Source: Eledone cirrhosa (lineage: Eukaryota). From it: a stretch of 64,000 nucleotides of DNA. The notes beneath the pieces were generated by a model. The model made no database searches and was not told where the DNA came from. It saw only the letters and a program-made list of their open reading frames with translations. The DNA lies in the NCBI GenBank assembly GCA_964016885.1, contig OZ024742.1:301568001-301632000 (forward strand), given 5' to 3'. Both the position numbers and the translations under genes were made by a program. Positions 1-13,469 of this stretch are shown in pieces; positions within the stretch are counted from its first letter, which is position 1, and each line of letters opens with the position of its first letter.

Positions 1-530
1 TTGGCACCATCTTCGCGCAGACTTTCCACATGTCCAAATCTTCAGTGAGAATCTTCCAGACGCTGTCCCGATTCATGCCCAGCTCATTTGCCATCAGTCG
101 AACAGTCAGCCGACGATCGTTACCCACCATCTGCCTGACGCGCTCAACGTTGACCTCAGTCTTGGTTGTTGAGGACCTTCCGCTCCTGGGGTCATCTTCC
201 ACGTCCTCGCGTCCTTCTTTAAACCTCTTGCACCACTCAAAAACACGGGAGCGTGACATCGTCTCATCTCCATACACTTGGAGCAATCCCAGTGCTTCTG
301 ACGGAGTTTTCAAGTTTGTTCGTTGCTCTGTGCTCATTGCTTGACGACCTGAAACAGAGGACATGTATATAAAATTATGAAGGAAAAAGTTTGATCGCTG
401 CAGAGAGCTAAGATTACAGTTACATACTCCAGGGGGATTACTTTGAAGGAGAAAACTCTTAGTGTGAAGTTTGGGTTTGAAATAAATTTTTTGTGACATC
501 AGTCCTGGAACTTTTCTGACTCACCTTGTA
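1..530 (-). mobile_element. mariner-type transposon, 5' part (TIR + N-terminal HTH of transposase, decayed)
   Basis: Minus strand translates to ...YGDETMSRSRVFEWCKRFKEGREDVEDDPRSGRSST...DRRLTVRLMANELG...ILTEDLDMWKVCAKMVP, the typical mariner HTH region. The terminus TACAAGGTGAGTCAGAAAAGTTCCAGG abuts a TA run at ~530. Confidence 0.85.
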
Positions 531-546
531 TATATATATATATATA

Positions 547-892
547 TCATTTCATCATCATCATTTCATTTTACGTCCGCTTTTCCCTGCTTGCAAGGGT
601 GGGACGGGAACTGATTCTGGCTTGATTTCTACAGCTGGATGCCCTTCCTAACACCAACCTCATTTACAGTGAGTGCTGGGTGCTTTTTGCCGTGACACCT
701 ACACGACCACTTTACAGTGGAATGATAGGGACCCCAGTCCCTATCATCTCATTTCTACAGCTGAGTAAACTGGAGCAATGTGAAATAAAGTGTCTTGCTC
801 AAGGAAACAACACATCACCCGGTCTGAGAATTGAACTCACAACCTTTCGATTGCAAGGCCAATGCTCTGACCATTAGGCCATGTGCCTCTGC
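547..892 (-). mobile_element. tRNA-derived CORE-type SINE with RTE-like 3' tail
   Basis: A box TGGCCTAATGG, B box GAGTTCAATTC, CORE-like CCTTGAGCAAGACACTTTA, (GAT)n tail. Near-identical copies occur elsewhere in the window. Confidence 0.85.
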
Positions 893-1190
<298 letters not shown>

Positions 1191-1198
1191 ATTAATAA

Positions 1199-1652
1199 CT
1201 AGCAGAATGGCCCGGTGTTGCTCAGGATTTGCTCTAGGGTTCTTATATATTTGATATATATTTATCCTAAAAAAAAGACATCTGTGAACGCAGAAGTAAA
1301 TATTTCGAAAAACGTTATAAACTATATATATATATATACACACACTATATATACATATATACACACACACACAGCGTCATAATGTCATAATGCAGACAGC
1401 CAGACATACAGACAGATATTATAAGGGCGCAACGTTTTATCTATGTATCTATCTAAAAAGAAAGACTAAGAATTATAGAGAGAGATCGTTAAGCGGTCCC
1501 TAGGGCATTGAAAATTTGAAAGTTTTTTCCCTCAAAACACTCATAGGACCATAAGTATTACATGTGTAAAGTTTGAAAAAAATCGACTGGGTGGTTCTCG
1601 AGTTTTAGGGAGCTGACAGACAGACAGACATTCTCTGTTTTAGATATATAGA
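1199..1652 (-). mobile_element. non-autonomous Helitron
   Basis: Minus strand starts a|TCTATATATC followed by (TGTC)n and ends with an imperfect subterminal hairpin (CCTG-AGCAACA-CCGG) then CTAG|t. Confidence 0.6.
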
Positions 1653-2117
1653 TAATAAATGTGAAGACTAAAATCCAAAGAGGGCTCGATAAGGATAAAT
1701 ATATATCAAATATATAAGAACCATAGAACATATATTCATGAAAATAACAGATTAAAGTTTAAGCAAAGAATTGCTGCTTTCACTCTTAACGGGATCTGAA
1801 ACTAAAAAAATCAATCTGTGAACGCAGAAGTAAATATTCCGAAAAAATTTGCAACTGAAGGAAAACAGGAGATGATACTTTGGTTTGTGAAGATGTTCCC
1901 TGGCAACGAACAGAAAAAAGCGAAGATAATATGTCGTTATATGGAGCGATGAGAACAATTACACGCAAAGACAAAACCACGTTCATGGCATAAATGGAGT
2001 CATTAGACTACTATTCTATTTAGGAAACCGAATGATTCTCGGCTTCAGAGTTAAGAATAATGTAAATAAATTAGTAGAATGAAAATGACAGAAGTTATTA
2101 AAATCATAAAAGTAATA

Positions 2118-2310
2118 ATTGTTTCTACTTTTTGGCACAAGGCCAGCAATAACCCAGTGCATTACTGGTACTTTATTTTATCGATCCCGTAAGGATGAAA
2201 GGCAAAGTTCACCTCAGCGGAATTTGAACTCAGAATGGCAAGGGCTGTAACTCTATACGTCAAAGCATGGCGTCCGACCCTCTACCGATACTGCCAATCC
2301 ACCGCCATAA
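2118..2310 (-). mobile_element. SINE with Nin/Deu-like domain
   Basis: GCCTTTCATCCTTACGGGATCGATAAAATAAAGTACCAG motif plus a B-box-like GAGTTCAAATTCC. Other copies at ~19415, 22524, 39605 and 59075. Confidence 0.7.
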
Positions 2311-2821
2311 AAGTAATAATAATTAAATATATACATACACACATCCATACACGTGCATGCGTGAAAACACACACCATACATACATATACATGCACATACA
2401 CATAGACACACGCACACATACCTAAACACGGCGCGACACATATATCCACACACATACGAACGTATACACCAAATACACATATATATATGTGTGTGTGTGT
2501 ATACATGTAATTATATATATATGTAATTATACATATATGAATATACATGCCTAAATGCGTATATAACGCACACACACACACACATACCTACACGTAAATA
2601 CACATATGTTCAACAAACGAACATATACCCAAACCCTATGTACACATATACACGACCGACATACATACATGCAAACACATATACACACTCATACGTACCC
2701 ACATATACACTTGTACATACATATACATATATACATATATATACATATACACTCATCCGCATATACAAACATACAGCAACTGATACACGTACACAACGAT
2801 AATTAATATATATATATAAAT

Positions 2822-3133
2822 ATCATCATCATCATCATTATTTTACGTCCGCTTTTCCCTGCTTGCAAGGGTGGGACAGGAACTGATTCTGGCTTGATTT
2901 CTACAGCTGGATGCCCTTCCTAACACCAACCTTATTTACAGTGAGTGCTGGGTACATTTTTGCTGTAGCACCTCCACGACCACTTTGCAGTCCTATCATT
3001 TCATTTCTGCAGCTGAGTAAACTGGAGCAATGTGAAATAAAGTGTCTTGCTCAAGGCAAGAACACATTACCTGGTCTGAGAATTGAACTCACAACCTTTC
3101 GATTGCAAGCCCAATGCTCTAACCACTAAGCCA
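2822..3133 (-). mobile_element. CORE-type SINE copy
   Basis: Same sequence as 547-892 with a small internal deletion. Confidence 0.85.
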
Positions 3134-3504
3134 TAAATATGCATACACATGTACACATACATACACACATATACACATACATACATATACATATTATTAT
3201 ATATATATAAAACATACATATATACATGTATACATACATATACATAAATGTCTTTGATTATTGGTCTGCTCCATCAAGGTATATAAAATAACAATAAAAA
3301 TTCAATTTCAATCTCCCATTTAAAATGCATATAGCTATCTCCCATGTTGTCAAAAATATGTAAATACAAGCCTTAAATTGTTCTAATATTTTGGTATGGG
3401 TATTTTTCTCAACATTTTGTATGAGAAAAATAGCTTTGGTTCACAAACATTTTGGGTGACGAACAGCCTTCAAGAATTAATTAAGTTTGTGAATCGAGGT
3501 TCCA

Positions 3505-6060
3505 CTCATCATCATCATCACTGTTTTACACCCATTCTTCCACGCTAGCATGGATTAGATGGGTTGTCCTATTGTAGGCAATGCCAGGTCAGGTGTCTTT
3601 GTCTTGCTCATACAGAACTGATTTGGGCTTGATTTCTACAGCTGGATGCCCTTCCTAACACCAACTTCATTTACAGTGTGGACTGGGTGGGTGCTTTTTT
3701 TGTCGTGGCACCTACACGACCACTTTACAGTGGGAAGCGATGGGAGCATACTGTCTATATGCTTCAGCTTCGGCTTGTACCCGTGGGAAGTCGGGTCTTC
3801 TGTATTACTGCATAACGCCAGAGGTCTCGGTCCTGTGTCATCACCTTTGAGAGGTGCAATTGGGCAAGGTCAACTTTTATGACTTCATCCCAGGTCTTCC
3901 TGGGTCTTCTCTCTCCAAGGCTTCCATCGACTTCTAGTGTTCTGCACCTTTTTATGCAGCTATCATCCTTCATATGCATCACATGTCCATACCAACGTAA
4001 TCTCCTCTCCTGCACACAACATTTGATTCCTCTTATGCTTAATCTCTCTCTCAGTTCGTTTATGCTTTGCAGTTCGCGAATATTACTATTACACATCCAT
4101 CGGAGCATGCAAGCTTCATTTCTTTCTAACCTATGCAAGTCTTTCTAACCTATGCACACAACGCCCAGGTCTCACTACCCTGTAACATTGCTTGCACGCA
4201 TCATACAGTCTGCCTTTCATTTTTATGGAAAAGCCTTTTGCAGCTAGCAGTGGTAGTAGCTCCCTGAACTTCTTCTATCCCATTCTTACCCTGGTTACTT
4301 TACTTTCAGAACCTCCGCTGCTAATTTGCTCACCTAGGTAGCAGAAGCTGTTTACTGTTTCTACAGAGCCCTCCCAGAATTTGGTAGTGCTTGTTCTGGT
4401 GCCCGTTTGCTGCTTACTCACCCAGTGCAACTGCTACATGTAAAGCCTACATTCTTAACTTAACTTCCTAGGATCTCACTACATCTATTGTGTACCCATA
4501 GTTTGCATTCGGGACAGAAGATGGAATTTCTACCTACACCTTTCCTTCATATTAAGCAAAGCCATTTCCCTGAGGGGACTTAGGTTTTGTTTTCTCGTCT
4601 ACTTACGAATACCTTAGTCTTTGTCAGGTTGACTTTGAGACCCCTTCTTTCTAGTCCCTGTTTCCATGTTTGGAATTTCTTCTCTAGTTCCACCTTGGAT
4701 TCACCTATAAGTGTAAGATCATCTATGTACAGAAGTTCCCATGGGCATCCAGTCTTAAACTGCTCTGTTATAGCCTGCAATACAATAATAAATAGGAGAG
4801 GGCTAAGAACAGAGCCATAGTGGACACCAACCTGTATGCTAAATTCCTCGCTATAGTCATTGTTAACCGTAACTTTTCTGACTGCTCCTCTATACATGGT
4901 TTGTACAGCTTTCACAATCCATTCATCTACTCCTAGTTTTCTAAGAGCCCACTAAATTATAGCACAGAGCATTCTGTGCTATAATTTCCAGATCGACAAA
5001 TTCCAGGTAGAGCAGTTTACCTTTAGCTAGGTACTTTTTCTGTAACTGCCTCACAAGGAAGAGAGCATCAATGTTGTTTTTACCTAGCACAAACCCAAAC
5101 TGCATCTCATCTAGATTAACCCAGTCCCTAATCAGCTGTGCTATAACTCTTTCCGCTACTTTCATGACCTGGTCCATCAGTTTTTTACCTCTATAGTTTC
5201 CTCTATCTAGTGCATCTCCTTTACCCCTGTAGCAGTTGACAATGATGCTGCTGCACCAATCGTTTGGTATGATGCCCTCTAGTATTACTTGGTTAATAAT
5301 ACGTGTGGTTATGGTGTAACCTACCAACCCAGATGCTTTCAGCATCTCAGCAGCTATACCCGATGGACCAGTTGCCTTCCCCGTCTTCATATCTTTAATT
5401 GCCTTACTTACTACACTGCTGCTGACTTGTATTGCTGGGCCCTCTATAGGGTCCACACTGGGTAGGGTCTCTTTCTCCCATGCATTCTCCTCATTCAGTA
5501 ATCTTTCATAATGGCTCTTCCACACAGCTTTCTAGTCAACACTTGTCAGGGCAAGCTCTCCTTTATCATTCTGGACACACTTCTCTCCAATGACATCACA
5601 ATTTTCTCTAACACACTGCCTCGCAATCCTTAAAACCTCCTGTTTCTGGTCCTCACACTGCAAAACATGCTTGAATTTTTTATTCTCCACTTCCCTTCTA
5701 CCTACGTATACTTGTCGCCTAGCTTCCCTCCTGGTCTCTATGTAATGTACCTTGTTTCCCCCATTCTTCCATTATTTCCATGCCTGTCTCTTAGCCTTAA
5801 TTGCCTTATCTACCATATTGTTCCACCACAAGTCACTCTCCTTCTCCCTGTGGTCTTGCTCCATCCACAAATCTCGTCTGTCACCCTTAGTAAGTTATTT
5901 TTTAAGAACTCCAAGTTCTGTTCTATATTGAATGTCTCTATCTATTCTTATTTACTGTCATAGGTGTTGAGTAAGATATCTTTAAATCCGTTACTGACTG
6001 AGAGGTCTTTCAGCTTCCAGATATTTTTTTCTCCAGGTTGCCTTCTGTTCTAAGTTCCAC
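3505..6060 (-). mobile_element. RTE-clade LINE, 5'-truncated, frameshifted
   Basis: ORF pieces 4941-5525, 4580-4915 (LLYIDD) and 3764-4138 encode RT and C-terminus. 3'UTR and (CAT)n tail at ~3505. Confidence 0.9.
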
Positions 6061-6120
6061 TGTGTATATAAATATTTATATATATATATAAATATGTATG
6101 TAAATATATGTGTATTTTTC

Positions 6121-6418
6121 ATTTCATCATCATCATTTTACGTCCGCTTTTCCCTGCTTGCAAGGGTGGGACGGGAACTGATTCTGGCTTGATTTCTACA
6201 GCTGGATGCCCTTCCTAACACCAACCTCATTTACAGTGAGTGCTGGGTGCTTTTTTGCTATGGCACCTCCATGACCACTTTGCATTTCTACAGCTGAGTA
6301 AACTGGAACAATGTGAAATAAAGTGTCTTGCTCAAGGAAACAACACATCACCCGGTCTGAGAATTGAACTCACAACCTTTCGATTGCAATGCTCTAAACA
6401 CTAAGCCATGTGCCTCCA
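6121..6418 (-). mobile_element. CORE-type SINE copy
   Basis: Matches 547-892. Confidence 0.85.
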
Positions 6419-6424
6419 TATATA

Positions 6425-6552
<128 letters not shown>

Positions 6553-6683
6553 CAAAATAAGGAGTGTATAGGACAAATACAATGGAAAAAAACAACAGAA
6601 AGATGGACAGGCAAATGTGCAGACAAAGAAGGCCACTGAGGCATAGTAGAAAAGGCTGGAAAGGGAGAACAGAGGAAAACAGG

Positions 6684-6733
<50 letters not shown>

Positions 6734-7084
6734 GCATATCATCATTGCCATTTTAGTTACATTTTTCATGCTTGCATGGGTTGCATGGGTCTTTTCCAGT
6801 ACAACATCCCTCCTCCAATTACGTCTTTTGTAAACTCAACTGTGAGATTCAGTGATTTGAGATCAGCTCTCACAACCTCTGCTTTTGTCTTCTTTGAACT
6901 CCCTCTACTGTACCTCCTAGAAGCCAAGGAAGTATGTATGTGTATTTATCATCATCATCAAAGTTTTATGTCCATTTCTCCACACATGGGTTAGAAGAGT
7001 TGTCCTGTTGTGGGCAACGTTAGATCAGGTGACCATGTCTTGCTCATACAGAACTGATATATATATATATATATATATATTCAA

Positions 7085-7215
7085 TGGTGAAGGCGTGTGG
7101 CTGAGTGGTTAGAGAATTAGATTCACAATCCTGAGGTTGTGAGTTCGATTCCTGGACCAGGCGATGCGTTATGTCCTTGAGCAGGACACTTTATTTCACG
7201 TTGCTCCTTCTACCT
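7085..7215 (+). mobile_element. SINE head (tRNA-like + CORE), truncated
   Basis: TGGCTGAGTGG ... GAGTTCGATTCC ... TGTCCTTGAGCAGGACACTTTA. Confidence 0.7.
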
Positions 7216-8173
7216 GGAGTTGCGACCGATAGATAGTATTAGCAATTGGAAAGACCAATGGAAACATTGTTTCCTCGGTCCGATTTGATGAAAGTCAATC
7301 GACTATCGATATATTCAATATGACAAAAGACAAAAGTTAACAACTTACATTCATTCTTTTATTTCTACGTCCATTTCAATACGGTAGCAATGGTACATAC
7401 ATATGCAAAACAACTGGAAATGATTAGTTATCAATTATCAACATCATAACACCATAGATAATACTTATAACTTGCATATTTTCAGGGAAATATGAGAAAG
7501 AATAAAGTTTACCAATCTCAAATGGTTTCAAGAATAAATACTATGTCAAAACAGTGAACATAGAGCAAGCAGTTAGATTTAAAAAACATATTTTGTACAT
7601 GGAGTTTTTTTAACTGTGCAAAACTATAAATTGAGTTACAATTCCTATGTCATTACTATTTCCAATCTTATTAGTTATTCTTTTTTTGTAGTTAGAGTGA
7701 TATCTGTTGTGTGACATAGCAGGAGTGGTCAATTATATAATAGGTGGTAGTAAGTAGGTTTATGTACCAGGCATTACTTATCTATTATTTATTTATTTAG
7801 AATGTTGTTATTGTTTTTCTTTATATAGATGGAATAAAATTTGTATTATATTTGCAGGAGTGGAAATATTTTTTAAGAAACAGTATATATATATATATAT
7901 ATACGTAAAATGATGATAATGATATATATATATGTATATATATATCATCATCATCATTTTACGTCTGCTTTTCCCTGCTTTATATGTCTTTCACTCTGGT
8001 GGTAAAAATACCTTGTAATGAAAAAGCATGTTCTTTTCCTGTATTCTCTCCTATATATTTTGAAGAGCCCGGAAAATTTTCCTTGAGCTCAATATATTAC
8101 AGGGAATAACGTGAGTCCTTTACTCCGTTGCTTCATTTGATATATATATATATATCATCATCATCATCATCAT

Positions 8174-8238
<65 letters not shown>

Positions 8239-8480
8239 CATCATCATCATCATATATATATATGAGAGAGAGAGAGAGATGTGTAAAATCCCGACCCACA
8301 GTGCCACGGTTGGGATTTTCTACATCGCTATACCCACTCTACATCTCCCCATGCATCAAGTATTCACATGATTAGTAGTCTCCTCGGTCTCAGCACCACA
8401 GACATCATCATCATCATCATCTTTGTTTAACGTCCATCTTCCATGCTACACAAGTATGTGTGTGTGTATATGTATGTGTA

Positions 8481-8552
<72 letters not shown>

Positions 8553-8689
8553 TATATATACAAATTTATATATGTCCTGATATTTCAAGATTAATATCTC
8601 TTCTTCCGAGGAAAATAAAGGAACTATTCCTGTGTCCGATATACATCTATATATACATATATATATATATATACATATAACTTTCCAGT

Positions 8690-9130
8690 CGAGAGATATC
8701 CACACTGTTGTCCTGCTCTTCTCCACTTTTGCCTGACCCCACCTTGAATACTGTTGTCCACTGTGGTCTCCTCACATGAAACAAAGTATCATGAAAGTTG
8801 AAGCACCCCAAAGGTCAATTACAAAAAAGATAGATGGCATGATAGGCCTTGACTATTGGAGTAGATTAGAAAAGCTCAACCTTTATTCTCTCCAACGTTG
8901 CCATGAGCGCTACATTATCTGCATGATGTGGAAAACATTCCATCAGCTTTGCCCAAATGATGTTGGCATCACCTTTAATGTGCAGCCAAGGCTTCAGCCA
9001 CATGCTATCCGCCCATGACAAAAATCTCACTCGCATCTCATAGCAACAATACAGCACAATTATTTCACCTCAATTGGCCCTGCTCTCTTTAACATTACAT
9101 CAAAGCAGAAACAAACCCTATCAAAGTTAT
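8690..9130 (+). mobile_element. CR1/L2-group LINE 3' fragment
   Basis: PHLEYCCPLWSPH...QRSITKKIDGM..LDYWSRLEKLNLYSLQR, the conserved post-RT motif. Confidence 0.75.
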
Positions 9131-9152
9131 CAAAGTATATATATATATACTT

Positions 9153-9543
9153 TGGAGGCACATGGCTTAGTGGTTAGAGCATTGGCCTTGCAATCGAAAG
9201 GTTGTGAGTTCAATTCTCGGGCCGGGTGATGTGTTGTTTCCTTGAGCAAGACACTTTATTTCACATTGCTCCAGTTTACTCAGCTGTAGAAATGAGATGA
9301 TAGGGACTGGGGTCCCTATCATTCCACTGCAAAGTGGTCGTGGAGGTGCCACGGCAAAAAAGCACCCAGCACTCACTGTAAAGTGGACGTGTAGGTGCCA
9401 CGGAAAAAAAAGCACCCACCACTCACTGTAAATGAGGTTCGTGTTAGGAAGGGCATCCAGCTGTAGAAATCAGGCCAGAATCAGTTCCCGTCCCACACTT
9501 GCAAGCAGGGAAAAGCGGACATAAAAATGATGATGATGATGAT
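9153..9543 (+). mobile_element. CORE-type SINE, full length
   Basis: A box TGGCTTAGTGG, B box, CORE, internal ~40-bp repeats, RTE-like tail and (GAT)n. Confidence 0.9.
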
Positions 9544-9559
9544 ACATATATATATATAC

Positions 9560-10330
9560 ATAGTGGCTGCCAACTCGTTTTCGAGTACGGCCACCACTTT
9601 ATATCCATGTAGGAGAACCCCTACCGATGCACTCTGGTACAATCACTACATTTATGACAATTATTGACACAGTGCTGGGCCCATAGTACCATGTGACAAC
9701 AAGTGCAGAGAGATCCCCAGATATAAAGCAATGCCTGTGCCGTGAAGCTTTTATAGTGAGCAAAGGCACTGCACAAAATCAGTCCCACTCTCTTAACCAA
9801 GATGATATTTACCAAAAAGAAGAACAAGTCAACATCATTGAATACCATCAGGGTTGCAGGTGTTATATCAGAGTTTTCCTTCTCCTAGAATTCTGCCCTG
9901 ACAAAGGCTAAGGGGTCATCTCTCCCGGTGATTTTGGATGGCCATTGGCTCTTAAGAGCTCCTTTGACAGGTTGGTGCTACTGGTAACATGTATCCCAGT
10001 ACAACCTGCCTCATGGTCGGGTCGTTGGCGACTAAACTGGCAGCCCCACCAAGGTTTCTTGGTGAGGAGGGTGATTTTGGACATCCAGCAGGACTAAAAA
10101 CAAAACCTGTCATATATATACATACATATATATATACATATATATATATATATACATATATGGTGGCTGCCAACTTGTTTTCGAGTACGGCCACTACTTT
10201 ATATTCATGTAGGAGAACCCCTACCGATGCGCTGAACGAGTGTGACTTTTTAGTCCAGCCAGCGACTTGAAAACTCTGGTACAAAGACTACACTTGTGAC
10301 AATTACTGACACATAGTGCTGGGCCCATGG
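9560..10330 (-). mobile_element. LINE remnants: two copies of a 3' end encoding a C2H2-like finger
   Basis: 10221-10330 (-) reads CHKCSLCTRVFKSLAGLKSHTRSAHR*. 9560-9690 is a deleted duplicate of 10160-10330. Confidence 0.5.
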
Positions 10331-10397
10331 TACATACATATATACATACATACATATATATATACATACATACATACATACATATATATATATATAT

Positions 10398-10744
10398 GGA
10401 GGCACATGGCTTAGTGGTTAGAGCATTGGTCTTGCAATCGAAAGGTTGTGAGTTCAATTCTCAGACTGGGTGATGTGTTGTTTCCTTGAGCAAGACACTT
10501 TATTTCACATTGCTCCAGTTTACTCAGCTGTAGAAATGAGATGATAGGGACTAGGGTCCATATCATTCCACTGCAAAGTGGTCGTGGAGGTGCCACGGCA
10601 AAAAAGCACCCAGCACTGACTGTAAAAATGAGGTTGGTGTTAGGAAGGGCATCCAGCTGTAGAAATCAAGCCAGAATCAGTTCCCGTCCCACCCTTGCAA
10701 GCAGGGAAAAGCGGACGTAAAATGAAATGATGATGAATGATGAT
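10398..10744 (+). mobile_element. CORE-type SINE copy
   Basis: Matches 9153-9543. Confidence 0.88.
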
Positions 10745-10817
10745 ACATACATATATATATATATACATATATATATACATACATATATATACATATATAT
10801 ATACATATATATACACA

Positions 10818-11243
10818 CAGTAATAGAGAAGACCCGCCTTACCTAAGTACAAAGTGAAACCTACTACAGTCAGTAGGCACCTCTAACAAAATACACCCCG
10901 TCCCACTACACCCACCCCATCCACACCACCCCTTCAATGTAAAGTTATGTTGGTGTCACAACATCCAGCCCGAAACAAATGAGGTCGTGTAGGTGTCACG
11001 ACAAAAAAACACACAGTCCACGCTGTAATGTGGCCGTGTAGGCAACACGGTAAAAACCTCCCAGTTCCACACTGTAAATGTGGTTGGTGTTAGGAAGGGC
11101 ATCCAGCCGTAGAAAACCCGCCAGACAGTCCTATGCGAGCAAGACAACCACTCTTGCCTCAAGTGGGAAAACCCCTGTCCAAACCCATGCAAGCGTGGAA
11201 TATGGACGTTAAACGATGATGATGATGATGATGATGGTGATGA
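10818..11243 (+). mobile_element. RTE LINE 3' end/3'UTR
   Basis: Nearly identical to 18688-19110. Ends in (GAT)n. Confidence 0.85.
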
Positions 11244-11299
11244 TATATATATATATATATACATACATATATATACATATATATATATATACATACATA

Positions 11300-13342
11300 T
11301 ATCATCATCATCATCACCGTTTTACGTCCGTTCTTCCACGCTAGCATGGGTTAGACGGGTTGTCCTGTTGTGGGCAGTGTCTGGTCGGCTGACCATGCCT
11401 TGCTCATACAGGAACTGATTTGGCTTGATTTCTACAGCTGGATGCCCTTCCTAACACCAACCTCATTTACAGTGAGTGCTGGGTGCTTTTTCGTGGCGCC
11501 TACACGTCCACTTTACAGTGTGGGCTGGGTGCTTTTTTGCCGTGGCACCTCCATGACCACCTTACGGTGGGGGGTGTGGGGGCATATTGTCTATATGCTT
11601 CAGCTTGTACCCATGGGAGGTCGGGTACTCTGTATTACTGCGTGACGCCAGAAGTCACGGTCGTGTGTCATTGCCTTGGAGAGGTGTAATTGGGTAAGGT
11701 CGGCTTTTATCACCTCATCCCAGGTCATCTTGGGTCTCCCCACTCCGCGGTTTCCCTCAACTTCTAGTGCTCTGCACCTTTTTATGCAGCTGTCATCCTT
11801 CATACGCATCACATGTCCATACCAGCGCAACCGCCTCTCCTGCACACAGCATTTGATTCCTCTTATGCTCAGTCTCTCTCTCAATTCATTTATGCTTTGT
11901 CGTTCACGTATATTATTGTTACACATCCATCGGAGCATGCAGGCTTCGTTTCTCTCTAATCTACGTAAGTCTTCCACCTTCAGCGCCCAGGTCTCACTAC
12001 CATGCAACATCGCTGTTCGGATACACGCATCATACAGTCTGCCTTTCATTCTGAGGGAGAAGCCTTTTGCAGCTAGCAGTGGTAGTAGTTCCCTAAACTT
12101 CTTCCATCCCGTTCTTACCCTAGTTATTGTACTTTCTGAACACCCACCTCCGTTGCTAATTCGGTCACCTAGGTAGCAGAAGCTGTCTACTGTTTCTACA
12201 GGGCCCTCCCAGAGATTGGTGGTACTTGTTTCCTGTGGCTGTTTGCTGTTTGCTGTCTCAGCACAGCTGCTGCATGTGAATCCTACATTCTTAATTAAGC
12301 TTCCTGAGATCCCGCTACATCTCTTGTGTACCCATTGTTTGCATTTGGGGCAGAGAATGGAGTTCCTACCTACACCTTTCCTACATACTGAGCAAGGCCA
12401 TTTCCCTGAGGGGATCTGGGTTCTGTTTTCTCGTCTACTTACAAGGACCTTAGTTTTTGTCATGTTGACTTTGAGACCCTTTCTTTCTAGTCCCTGCTTC
12501 CAGGTTTGGAATTTATTCTCTAGTTCTACCATAGATTCAGCTATGAGTGCGAGGTCATCAGCATACAGGAGTTCCCATGGGCATCCGGTCTTAAACTCCT
12601 CTGTTATTGCCTGCAGGACTATGATGAACAGGAGAGGGCTAAGAACAGAGCCCTGGTGGACCCCAACCTGTACGCTAAATTCCTCGCTATACTCATTGCT
12701 AATCCTAACTTTGCTGACTGCTCCCCTATACATGGCTTGTACCGCTTTCACAAGCCATTCATCTACTCCTAGTTTTCTAAGAGCTCACCAGATTACAGCA
12801 CGTGGAACTCTGTCAAAGGCTTTCTCAAGGCCGACAAATGCCAAGTAGAGTGGCTTACTTTTAGCTAGGTACTTTTCCTGTAATTGCCTCACAAGGAAGA
12901 GGGCATCAGTGGTGCCTTTCCCTGGTACAAACCCAAATTGCATCTCGTCTATTTTCACCCGGTCCCTAATCAGCTGTGCTATAACTCTTTCTGTTACTTT
13001 CATGACCTGGTCCATCAACTTTATACCTCTATAGTTTCCTCTATCTAGTGCATCGCCTTTACCTTTGTAGCAGTTGACAATGATGCTACTGCACCAATCT
13101 TTTGGTATGACACCTTCTAGTATTACCTGGTTAACGATACGTGTGGTTATAGTGTGACCTACAGATCCAGATGCCTTCAGCATCTCGGCAGCTATACCCG
13201 ATGGACCGGTTGCCTTCCCCATCTTCATATCTTTGATTGCCTTACTTACTACGCTGCCGCTGACTTGTACTGCTGGTCCCTCTATAGGGTCTACTTGGGG
13301 TAGGGTCTCTTCTTCCCATGCATTCTCCTCATTTAGTAATCT
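11300..13342 (-). mobile_element. RTE-clade LINE, 5'-truncated, young (RT + PHD-like finger)
   Basis: ORFs 12785-13342 and 11600-12751 contain QGSVLSP and YADD and are split by one in-frame stop. 3'UTR and (CAT)n tail. Confidence 0.95.
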
Positions 13343-13424
13343 GTATATATACATACATATATACATACATACATATATATATACATACATATATATATAC
13401 ATATATATACATACATATATATAC

Positions 13425-13456
<32 letters not shown>

Positions 13457-13469
13457 ATATATACATACA

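Noticed and set aside
9153-9230. tRNA gene
   Set aside because: A and B boxes are present, but the sequence continues into CORE and a LINE-like tail in many copies, so it is a SINE head.
11676-12848. Plus-strand ORFs of 166 and 210 aa (and similar ones opposite other RTEs)
   Set aside because: They are antisense shadows of the RTE reverse transcriptase ORF.
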